Of a stretch of 64,000 nt of DNA, positions 1-11,128 are shown piece by piece. Source of the stretch: an uncultured Clostridia bacterium (GTDB lineage: Bacteria; Bacillota; Clostridia; Oscillospirales; SIG627); NCBI GenBank assembly GCA_947589595.1, contig CANQBV010000001.1:67223-131222 (forward strand), given 5' to 3'. How positions within the stretch are numbered: position 1 is the first letter of the stretch; every line of letters starts with the position of its first letter. The notes under the pieces were generated by a model that saw only the letters and a list, made by a program, of their open reading frames with translations, was not told where the DNA came from and did no database searches. A program made the translations under genes and the position numbers.

Positions 1-494
1 TGGTCGGCGCTGTTTCCGATTACACGGAATCTCAGGCAAAGGGGCTGGGAAACGGGCTTCCCGCGTATTTGTTTTCTCTTGTTTTATATATGGTTGGCTG
101 TGCTTTGCTGGAAGCGTGCGGCGTGCGCGCCCCCACCAGCGATATCACGGTTACCTTCGGAATGGCGCTGATCACCTTCTTTCTGATCAATTACTACGGC
201 ATTCGCCGCAAGGGCGTCGGCGGTCGTCTGAAAGGGCTCGCCAGCCCCACGCCGATCGTATTCCCGCTGAGGATCGTTTCGGATATTGCGGTGCCGGTTT
301 CGCTGGCGTGCCGGCTTTTCGGCAATATGCTGGGCGGTATGATCGTTATGGATCTTTTATATACCGCCATGGGCTCGTTTGCCGTGGGATTGCCGAGTGT
401 GGTGGGGCTGTATTTTAATGTGTTCCACCCGCTGATCCAGGCGTATATTTTTGTTACCTTATCGCTGACGTTCATCAACGAAGCGATTGAATAA
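1..494 (+). CDS. atpB: F1Fo ATP synthase subunit a, C-terminal part (5' end lies upstream of the window)
   Basis: Frame 3 is open from nt 3 to the TAA at 492-494. The product contains the stator-arginine helix LACRLFGNMLGG and the final TM helix. It is followed directly by atpE-F-H-A-G-D-C. Confidence 0.9.
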   Translation, partial: VGAVSDYTESQAKGLGNGLPAYLFSLVLYMVGCALLEACGVRAPTSDITVTFGMALITFFLINYYGIRRKGVGGRLKGLASPTPIVFPLRIVSDIAVPVSLACRLFGNMLGGMIVMDLLYTAMGSFAVGLPSVVGLYFNVFHPLIQAYIFVTLSLTFINEAIE

Positions 495-518
495 AAGAAT
501 GGGAAAGGAAAATAAAAA

Positions 519-731
519 ATGAAATATCTTGGTATTGCTATGTGTTTGTTTGCGTGCGTCGCCGCCGCCATTGTAATGGGACTTGCCACCAGTAAGGCTA
601 CAGAGGCCGTTGCCCGCCAGCCCGAAGCTTCGGGAAAAGTTACCTCGATTCTGATCCTCGGCCTTGCCCTGACGGAATCCTGCGCGATCTACGGCTTTGT
701 AACCGCGCTGATCATGCTTTTTGTAGGATAA
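519..731 (+). CDS. atpE: F1Fo ATP synthase subunit c (70 aa hairpin proteolipid)
   Basis: Two hydrophobic helices are joined by the ARQPEA loop, with a carboxylate in helix 2 (LALTESCAIYGF). GGAAAGGAA lies upstream of the ATG. Its position in the atp operon fits. Confidence 0.95.
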   Translation: MKYLGIAMCLFACVAAAIVMGLATSKATEAVARQPEASGKVTSILILGLALTESCAIYGFVTALIMLFVG

Positions 732-744
732 AAGAGGAATTTTT

Positions 745-1233
745 ATGGAAGGCTTGGTACCGCAGGATATCCTGATCCATATCCTGAACGTTGTGATCCT
801 GTATGTTCTTCTTCGGGTGATCCTGTTTAACCCGGTAAAGAAGTTTATGGATCAGCGGACGGAAAAACTGCGCGCACAAAAGGAGGACGCCGAAAACGCA
901 TTGGCGTCTGCCGAGGAAAAGAAAAAAGAATATGAGTCGCTCCTTTCTCATGCCGAAGAAGACGGCGGAAAGGTTCTTTCCGACGCCAAAAAACAGGCAC
1001 TGGCGGAGAAAGAAAAAATTCTGGAAAGCGCCCGTCAGGAATCCGAAACCATTTTAAAAGAAGCAAAAGAAGCCGCGCAAAAAGAAAAGGAAGAAGCCCT
1101 TCACTCCATGCAGCATGAAGTGGGAGAGCTGGCAGCTGAACTTGCGGGGAAAATCATGGCGCGCGAGGTAAAGCTGGCCGATAACGACAAAGTCGTGGAT
1201 GATTTTTTTCGGGAAATGAACGAACATGAATAA
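745..1233 (+). CDS. atpF: F1Fo ATP synthase subunit b
   Basis: One N-terminal TM helix followed by a long charged K/E/A-rich helix. It sits between atpE and atpH. Confidence 0.9.
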   Translation: MEGLVPQDILIHILNVVILYVLLRVILFNPVKKFMDQRTEKLRAQKEDAENALASAEEKKKEYESLLSHAEEDGGKVLSDAKKQALAEKEKILESARQESETILKEAKEAAQKEKEEALHSMQHEVGELAAELAGKIMAREVKLADNDKVVDDFFREMNEHE

Positions 1234-1447
1234 AAAAGCAAAGCTTCAAATCGCACCCCCGTATTCCCGGGAGCTGATCGAAAAGCTGCAGGCGGGCTTT
1301 TCCGCTCTGTGCGGTAGGGAAGTGGAATTTGAAATCGTAGAAGATCCGGCTTTGGTAGGCGGCTTTATTGCCTTCGTAGACGGGAAAAAATACGATTCCA
1401 GCTATCAGACGAAGCTCGCTTCCTTCAAAGCCGGGCTCAGGGAATAA
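1226..1447 (+). CDS. atpH: F1Fo ATP synthase subunit delta (OSCP), unusually short: C-terminal domain only, 73 aa
   Basis: It occupies the atpH slot, with an ATGAATAA overlap with atpF and a 10-nt gap to atpA. VEDPALVGGFIAFVDGKKYDSSYQTKLASFKAGL resembles the C-terminal segment of delta/OSCP. Confidence 0.75.
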   Translation: MNKKAKLQIAPPYSRELIEKLQAGFSALCGREVEFEIVEDPALVGGFIAFVDGKKYDSSYQTKLASFKAGLRE

Positions 1448-1457
1448 GGGGGAGAAT

Positions 1458-5625
<4,168 letters not shown>

Positions 5626-5789
5626 CGAGGGACGCTGTCCCACGTGCCGCGCACGGCGCAGTTTTATTCGCCTATGGCGAGTGATACTGCTTCGCGGTTT
5701 TATTCAGCCTGGTTCAAAAAGTTTCGCAAAGGCAAGAAAACCTTTTTCAAAAGGTTTCCTTGTGGGGTTTGGGGCAACGGCCGGTGAAT

Positions 5790-5825
5790 AAAAAAAGAGA
5801 CTTGCACTGCAAGTCTCTTTTTGTT
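5790..5825. terminator. Bidirectional rho-independent terminator between the atp operon and the convergent epimerase gene
   Basis: Stem AAGAGACTTGC (5795-5805) / GCAAGTCTCTT (5809-5819) with a 3-nt loop. It is flanked by an A-run upstream and a T-run downstream. Confidence 0.85.
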
Positions 5826-5834
5826 GATATTTGC

Positions 5835-6842
5835 TTAGAATCTGGGGTTTCTGCCCTGGTAAAGCGCGATGAGGTTGTCCATCTTCTGATCCCATTCTTC
5901 GTCGGCGGTTTCGCGGACGGCGGGATCGGCGTCGAACCATTTCACAATGCGCTTCGCGCCTTCTTCGAAGGGAACTTCCCACTTGAAGTCAGGGTTGAAA
6001 GTTTTGATCTTGGTGTTGTCGAACACGGCGGAAACAGCGTGGTCGCCTTCCAGGCTTTCGCGCAGGCCGGGGTCAAAATCGCCGATGAAGTCGGACGCAA
6101 TGTGCACCAGGTTGGCTTCTACACCGGCGGCGTGAGCCAGGAGGGTGTAAATGGTGTTCCAATCCAGCACTTCGTCGCTGGTGATGTGGAACGCTTCACC
6201 AATGGCTTTTTGATTAGCGCAAATGCCCAGAATGCCGCGGCCGAAGTCGGTGTTGTGGGTGATGGTCCACAGAGAAGTACCGTCGCCGTGCACCACGATC
6301 GGTTTGCCCTTGCGCATACGGCGGATAATGGTGTAGGGGCGCTTACGGCTGTTCATCGCCATGAGCGGGTTGAAGTCGGAATAGGTCAGCGAGGGACGGA
6401 CGATCGTGCCAGGGAAGCCTTTCGCAATCGCCTTTTCCAGCGTTTCTTCCATGGCGACTTTATTGCGCGCATACATGGAGTGGAGGTTTCCTCTGGGAAA
6501 ATCTTCGGTGATCAGGTAATGGGGCAGGGGTTTTTTGTAGATCGTGCCGGAGGAGATCATAATGTACTGATCGGTGTATTTGTTCATCATGCGAACAGAC
6601 TGTTCCACCTGCGCGACGGTCATCATCAGAAAGTCGATTACGCAGTCAAAATGTTTGCCTGCCAGCGCACTGTTGACCGAATCTTCATCAAAATAATCCG
6701 CTACAATGGATTTGGCGCCTTCGGGGAGTCTGCTGTTGCGATTACCGCGGTTGAGAACGTACAGATCAATGCCTTTTTGCAGCGCGACTTCCGCCACACC
6801 GCTGGAAATAGTGCCGGTACCGCCGATTAAAAGCAGTTTCAT
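5835..6842 (-). CDS. NAD-dependent epimerase/dehydratase (extended SDR family)
   Basis: N-terminal GGTGTIS Rossmann motif and YARNK (YxxxK) catalytic motif, 335 aa. Substrate unknown. Confidence 0.85.
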   Translation of the reverse strand: MKLLLIGGTGTISSGVAEVALQKGIDLYVLNRGNRNSRLPEGAKSIVADYFDEDSVNSALAGKHFDCVIDFLMMTVAQVEQSVRMMNKYTDQYIMISSGTIYKKPLPHYLITEDFPRGNLHSMYARNKVAMEETLEKAIAKGFPGTIVRPSLTYSDFNPLMAMNSRKRPYTIIRRMRKGKPIVVHGDGTSLWTITHNTDFGRGILGICANQKAIGEAFHITSDEVLDWNTIYTLLAHAAGVEANLVHIASDFIGDFDPGLRESLEGDHAVSAVFDNTKIKTFNPDFKWEVPFEEGAKRIVKWFDADPAVRETADEEWDQKMDNLIALYQGRNPRF

Positions 6843-6846
6843 GTTT

Positions 6847-7896
6847 TTATTCTTCCTTTCCGTCAGCGCCGATATTGAGAACGATTTCCAGGCCTTCGCC
6901 GCTGATCATGTATTCAACACCCTTGCCGACTTCTTCCAGAGGCAGGTAGTGGGTGATAATGGGATCGAGATCCAGGTAGTTGTTTTCCAAAATGGTGATT
7001 GCCTTGGGCATGGAATCGTGGATCACAAAGGAACCGATGATCTTGAGTTCTTTGTTCTGGATCGGGCCGAGATTGGCTTCCTTGACGACGCGGGGAGAAG
7101 CGAAGCACAGAATGGTCGCGCAAAATTCCGCGAGATCCACGGCAACAGGCAGCTGACCGCCGGCGGCGTCGATCACGTAGTTGGCTCTGCGGCCCCACAT
7201 GGCAATGAGTTCTTCCTTAATGGTAGCAGTATCCGTTACAAAAGGATTGAAAACGGTGAAGCCCAATTTTTCGGCAACTTCAATACGCTTGGGCATCGGC
7301 TCGATGCAAACCACTCTGGCGCCGTTGCGGCGGGCGAGCTGGGCGAACATCAGACCGATCGGACCCATTCCGAATACCACACAGGTATCGCCGGGGGTGA
7401 TATCCAAACGGGAGAAGCCGTTCATCGCACAGGAAAGCGGTTCGGCAAACACGGCGTGACGCAGCGGCACCTTTTCGGAAATCGGGAAAGCCAGGCGTTC
7501 ATAAGTCTTTACGTATTCGGCAAATCCGCCGGGATGGGTAATGCCCATCAGTTCCATATTTTGGCAGTGGTTGGGGTGACCGGCGCGGCAAGCCGGGCAA
7601 ACGTTGCAGAAAGAGTTGGGGTTTAAAACAATGCGTTCGCCGATTTTGAAGTTCTTCACTTCCGGCCCGATATCAACGATCTGGCCGACGATTTCGTGAC
7701 CGAGAATGCGGCCGCGCATGTCGCCGTAGCCCTTGCTGTCGGGGTTGGTAGCGAAACCTTTGTCGGTTCCGCAGATGCTGGCAACCAGAACCTTCACGAT
7801 AATTTCGTCGGGCTGGGTGATCTGCGGCATCGGGACTTCTTCGATGGCAAATTTCCGGACGTCCTTAAGGATTGCTGCTTTCATTTTTTCCATCAT
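6847..7896 (-). CDS. Zn-dependent alcohol/polyol dehydrogenase (MDR family; threonine/sorbitol dehydrogenase-like)
   Basis: CGTD and GHEIVG Zn-ligand motifs, a structural-Zn cysteine cluster CNVCPACRAGHPNHC, and a GxGxxG-like GMGPIG. The stop lies 4 nt upstream of the epimerase start, consistent with co-transcription. Confidence 0.88.
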   Translation of the reverse strand: MMEKMKAAILKDVRKFAIEEVPMPQITQPDEIIVKVLVASICGTDKGFATNPDSKGYGDMRGRILGHEIVGQIVDIGPEVKNFKIGERIVLNPNSFCNVCPACRAGHPNHCQNMELMGITHPGGFAEYVKTYERLAFPISEKVPLRHAVFAEPLSCAMNGFSRLDITPGDTCVVFGMGPIGLMFAQLARRNGARVVCIEPMPKRIEVAEKLGFTVFNPFVTDTATIKEELIAMWGRRANYVIDAAGGQLPVAVDLAEFCATILCFASPRVVKEANLGPIQNKELKIIGSFVIHDSMPKAITILENNYLDLDPIITHYLPLEEVGKGVEYMISGEGLEIVLNIGADGKEE

Positions 7897-7935
7897 TCGT
7901 TCCTTTCAGTTTATGAATTTGATTTCAGAGAGTGG

Positions 7936-7979
7936 TCTCTTGATTTAATTGTATTGTTTTTGTTAAAAAAATCAAGAGA
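7936..7979. promoter_or_regulatory. Perfect 11-bp inverted repeat (candidate operator) bracketing the ADH promoter
   Basis: TCTCTTGATTT (7936-7946) and AAATCAAGAGA (7969-7979) are exact reverse complements separated by 22 AT-rich nt. One arm contains the -35 and the other covers the predicted start site. Confidence 0.6.
7948..7975 (-). promoter_or_regulatory. Candidate sigma-A promoter of the ADH-epimerase operon
   Basis: Minus strand reads TTGATT (7975-7970), 16-nt spacer, TACAAT (7953-7948), about 50 nt upstream of the ADH ATG. Confidence 0.5.
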
Positions 7980-8087
7980 TTTCACGAAAAAAATCGCTGA
8001 TTTTTTACAAGAAAAGTTGCATTTTTTTCGCAAAAAAAACACTTTCTAACAGATTTTGTGAAGCCCTCAGTTTTGCTATTTTGAAAG

Positions 8088-8119
8088 AAAAAAAGTTCAC
8101 AGAAGCTGTGAACTTTTTT
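8088..8119. terminator. Rho-independent terminator after the flavoprotein gene (bidirectional shape)
   Basis: Stem GTTCACAG (8095-8102) / CTGTGAAC (8106-8113) with a 3-nt loop. A7 upstream and T6 downstream. Confidence 0.85.
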
Positions 8120-8124
8120 CGTGC

Positions 8125-8745
8125 TTAACGAATGAAGTTGGTGCGGAGCGGCGCTTCCCTTTCGGGAAAGGCGATCCCGGCTTTTTTGCCGGCTTCGATA
8201 CAGGAAAGCAGCCACGCAAAGTTCCGGGCAAGAGTCCGCATGGTCTGCAGGCCTTCCTCATCCTTTTCCACTTCGGCGGCCGTGGCGCCGTGCACCTGGT
8301 TCCAATATTGGCTGGAAACAATGGGCATATTGCAAATGGTAAAGTATTTATTTAACTGGTCAAACGCGGCGCTCGCGCCCCCTCTGCGGCAGGAAACGAC
8401 CACGGCGCCGGGCTTGCCCGCCATTTTCTTCCCGTAGGTGTAAAAGAACCGGTCCAAAAAGGCGGTGATATTGCCGCTGGCGGCAGCATAGTGTACCGGA
8501 CTGCCGAAAATCACGCCGTCCGCCTCCACAAGCTTCGGCGCCAGTTGATTGACCAAATCGTTTACGGAGCAGCGCCCGGTTTTGGCGCAGACGCCGCAGG
8601 CGCGGCATCCGGCGAGAGCGTCCTTTCCCAGCCACAAAATTTCAGCTTCCACGCCGTTCTTTTTCAGTTCGGTTTGAATTTCCGAAAGCGCGCGGTTGGT
8701 GCAGCCTTTTTCGTGCGGGCCGCCGTTGATGAGAACCACGTTCAT
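8125..8745 (-). CDS. Iron-sulfur flavoprotein / NADPH-dependent FMN reductase-like flavodoxin-fold protein
   Basis: Flavodoxin-like N-terminus VVLINGGPHEKG plus a compact CX2CX2CX5C motif (CRACGVCAKTGRC) typical of Isf-type proteins. I prefer the ATG at 8745, which has a GAGGTGA RBS 5 nt upstream, over the track GTG at 8754. Confidence 0.8.
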   Translation of the reverse strand: MNVVLINGGPHEKGCTNRALSEIQTELKKNGVEAEILWLGKDALAGCRACGVCAKTGRCSVNDLVNQLAPKLVEADGVIFGSPVHYAAASGNITAFLDRFFYTYGKKMAGKPGAVVVSCRRGGASAAFDQLNKYFTICNMPIVSSQYWNQVHGATAAEVEKDEEGLQTMRTLARNFAWLLSCIEAGKKAGIAFPEREAPLRTNFIR

Positions 8746-8771
8746 ACTAATCACCTCGAAATTTTTTCTTT

Positions 8772-8800
8772 ATCTTATCATAGAACTTTTCTTTTTTCAA
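8772..8800 (-). promoter_or_regulatory. Candidate sigma-A promoter of the flavoprotein gene
   Basis: Minus strand reads TTGAAA (8800-8795), 17-nt spacer, TGaTAAGAT extended -10 (8777-8772). Confidence 0.55.
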
Positions 8801-8866
8801 TAGAACCGCCTTGAAAAAAAGACTCTTTTTCCGTTTTTTAAAAGATTTAAAAGAATGGGAAAACCG

Positions 8867-8895
8867 TTGATTTTTTTCGGCTCCTGTGATAGAAT
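8867..8895 (+). promoter_or_regulatory. Candidate sigma-A promoter of the tmk-like/DJ-1/CPBP... plus-strand gene run
   Basis: TTGATT (8867-8872), 17-nt spacer, TGaTAGAAT extended -10 (8887-8895), about 55 nt upstream of the ATG at 8949. Confidence 0.6.
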
Positions 8896-8948
8896 ATGGT
8901 ATCATCGTATAAAAATGGGATTTTTATAGGCAAAAAGAGGAAAGACGC

Positions 8949-9602
8949 ATGGGAACTTTAATCGTGATCGACGGGCTGGACGGCAGCGGCAAAAACACGC
9001 AGACAAAGCTTTTGTATGAAACGCTGCTCTCGGCAGGGAAGAAAGTTAAGCTCGTATCGTTTCCGGATTACGAAAGTCCCGCCTGCGAGCCGGTAAAGCT
9101 TTATTTAAACGGCGCGTTCGGGACAGACCCCGAAAGTGTCAACTGCTATGCGGCGTCTACGTTTTATGCGGTGGATCGTTTTGCTTCCTTCCGGCTGCAC
9201 TGGCAAAAGGAGTATGAGGAAGGCGCGATCATCATTGCCAACCGCTACACCACCGCCAACGCCATTCACCAATTGGCAAAGCTTCCCGAAAAGGAGCATG
9301 ACGCTTTTTTGGCCTGGCTTTATGATTTTGAATTTCAAAAGCTCGGTCTGCCGGCGCCGGATCGCACCATTTTTCTGGAGGTGCCGGTGGAGGAGAGTCT
9401 TCGCCTCATCGACGTGCGCGGCGAACAAAAGGACATTCACGAAAACCGCGCTCATTTGCAGAAGGCCTATGCCGCCGCCATGGAAACGGCGGAAAAATGG
9501 CACTGGCAAAAAATTCTCTGCACCGGGGAGGACGGCGCGCTTTTGCCGATCGAAGCGATCCGCACGCTCGTGTTCCGTGCCGTGCAGGATCTGATTGGAT
9601 AA
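8949..9602 (+). CDS. Thymidylate kinase-family nucleotide kinase
   Basis: P-loop IDGLDGSGKNTQ at the N-terminus, 217 aa, overall dTMP-kinase-like layout. The exact substrate is not assignable from sequence. Confidence 0.75.
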   Translation: MGTLIVIDGLDGSGKNTQTKLLYETLLSAGKKVKLVSFPDYESPACEPVKLYLNGAFGTDPESVNCYAASTFYAVDRFASFRLHWQKEYEEGAIIIANRYTTANAIHQLAKLPEKEHDAFLAWLYDFEFQKLGLPAPDRTIFLEVPVEESLRLIDVRGEQKDIHENRAHLQKAYAAAMETAEKWHWQKILCTGEDGALLPIEAIRTLVFRAVQDLIG

Positions 9603-9611
9603 GGAGAAAAA

Positions 9612-10175
9612 ATGGTAACGCTGTTTTTAGCCGAAGGATTTGAAGAAATTGAAGCCATGACCCCGGTGGATATTTTGCGCCGCGGGGGCGTGGAGGTACA
9701 GACCTGCAGTGTGGATCCAAGCAAAAAAGAAGTGCGCGGCGCGCACGGAATTTTGGTTTTGTGCGATATCACGTTGGAGGAAGTCGATCCCGAAAGCGAA
9801 ATGCTTATCCTGCCCGGCGGCATGCCCGGCACGCTGCATTTAAAGGAAAGCCGCCGTTTGGCTTCTCTTTTGCGGAAACAGCACGAAAGCGGACGCTATT
9901 TGGCGGCGATCTGCGCTGCGCCCACGGTATTGGGAGGACTCGGGATTTTAAAAGAAGAAAAGGCCACCTGTTACCCCGGTATGGAAACGGAGCTTTTCTG
10001 CAAAGAATTTTCCGAAGAGGACGTGGTGGTAAGCCGCCATATCATTACCTCCCGCGGGGCGGGTACGGCGTTTGCCTTCGGGTTAAGGCTGCTCGCTCTT
10101 TTAAAGGACGAAAAGACCGCTCAAAAAATCGGCGGCGGCATGGTCTATGCTCCTGCCGTAAGGAGAACGGAGTGA
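9612..10175 (+). CDS. DJ-1/PfpI (ThiJ) family protein
   Basis: Nucleophile-elbow cysteine AAICAAP, LPGGMPG motif, 187 aa. Confidence 0.88.
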   Translation: MVTLFLAEGFEEIEAMTPVDILRRGGVEVQTCSVDPSKKEVRGAHGILVLCDITLEEVDPESEMLILPGGMPGTLHLKESRRLASLLRKQHESGRYLAAICAAPTVLGGLGILKEEKATCYPGMETELFCKEFSEEDVVVSRHIITSRGAGTAFAFGLRLLALLKDEKTAQKIGGGMVYAPAVRRTE

Positions 10176-11119
10176 AACTGAAATCTTCCGTCTACGCGCC
10201 GATCCTGTTCGGAGTCGTCATGGTTCTGGTAGGCTTTTCGCAGCAGCTGGTGGCGCTTGTCAACCGTGTTTCGGAGGACGCGTTTCTTTCGGTGGCGATC
10301 ATCCAGTTTTTGGTCTATCTGTTGCCGGTGGCGTTTTATTGCCGGGTCTTTAATATCAATTTTGTATCTTCTTTGAAGTTTCGCGGCTTTTCTTGGAAAA
10401 AACTGCCGCTGGCGTGCACGCTTCTACTGTTGTTTCTGGTGGGCAGTGCGGTGCTGCGGTATTTCGGTATTTTCTTTTTCGACGGCGCCATGCTGAACAC
10501 GCCGGACGCGGTTTTTATCCCCATATACAGCGACAACCGCTTTCTGACCGTGCTTTGCTTTATGATCATCCCCGCGCTTTTAGAGGAAATTCTGTTCCGC
10601 GGGATTATTTTAGAGGAATACGCCCGCTACGGCGCGTTTTTTGCCGTTTCGGTGTCGGCGATCGCCTTTGCCATGCTGCACGCATCGTTTGAAAATTTCT
10701 TTTATTATCTGTTTATGGGGCTGGTTTTCGGCAGCCTGACCTGGATCTGCGATTCGCTCTTCCCGGCGATCGTGTTTCATTTATTGAAAAATTTTCTCTA
10801 TTTCTATTCCGCGGACGCGATTACGGACTATATCCGCCAGGCGGGCAAAAGCGCGCTTTTGCCGTATCTTTTGATCGCCGTTCTGATCCTGCTTTTGTTT
10901 TCGCTGTTTTCCCAAATGGAAGGGCTGTACCGCGACCGTGCGCGCGATGATATGCGCCAGACCCGCAAAGAGCTTTTGAAACGCGAAGCGGCAGCAGAAA
11001 AGAAAAACGCCGTTGCGGCAAAGCAAAATTATTTTATCACCCTGCGGGAAATTTTTCTCTCGCCCACTTTTTTGATCGTTGTATTTATTTTTGTTTTGCA
11101 GGCGCTGCAAATTTTGTAA
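10172..11119 (+). CDS. CPBP-family intramembrane glutamic endopeptidase (CAAX protease-like)
   Basis: Multi-TM protein with EEILFRG and FAMLH motifs. The GTG at 10172 overlaps the DJ-1 stop (GTGA). The track extension back to 9761 runs inside the DJ-1 gene and is Arg-rich junk. Confidence 0.8.
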   Translation: MKLKSSVYAPILFGVVMVLVGFSQQLVALVNRVSEDAFLSVAIIQFLVYLLPVAFYCRVFNINFVSSLKFRGFSWKKLPLACTLLLLFLVGSAVLRYFGIFFFDGAMLNTPDAVFIPIYSDNRFLTVLCFMIIPALLEEILFRGIILEEYARYGAFFAVSVSAIAFAMLHASFENFFYYLFMGLVFGSLTWICDSLFPAIVFHLLKNFLYFYSADAITDYIRQAGKSALLPYLLIAVLILLLFSLFSQMEGLYRDRARDDMRQTRKELLKREAAAEKKNAVAAKQNYFITLREIFLSPTFLIVVFIFVLQALQIL

Positions 11120-11128
11120 GAGGTAGCT

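Noticed and set aside
5738-5761. Imperfect palindrome GAAAACCTTTTTCAAAAGGTTTCC in the atp tail
   Set aside because: The arms are only partially complementary and A/T-rich, it lies inside the 37-codon ORF, and there is no T-run. I do not consider it a terminator or operator on its own.
5760-6830. 356-aa plus-strand ORF antisense to the epimerase gene; similar long antisense ORFs occur at 1686-2759, 24535-25509, 30178-31245, 48070-49155, 59411-60544 and 62847-63875
   Set aside because: Each shares the triplet phase of a sense gene that has clear family motifs. The translations are compositionally odd (G/R/H/F-rich) and lack RBS-like start contexts.
9761-10171. N-terminal 137-aa extension of the CPBP protease ORF in the track
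   Set aside because: The extension lies entirely inside the DJ-1 gene in another frame and is Arg/Gly-rich. The hydrophobic CPBP protein begins at the GTG (10172) that overlaps the DJ-1 stop.
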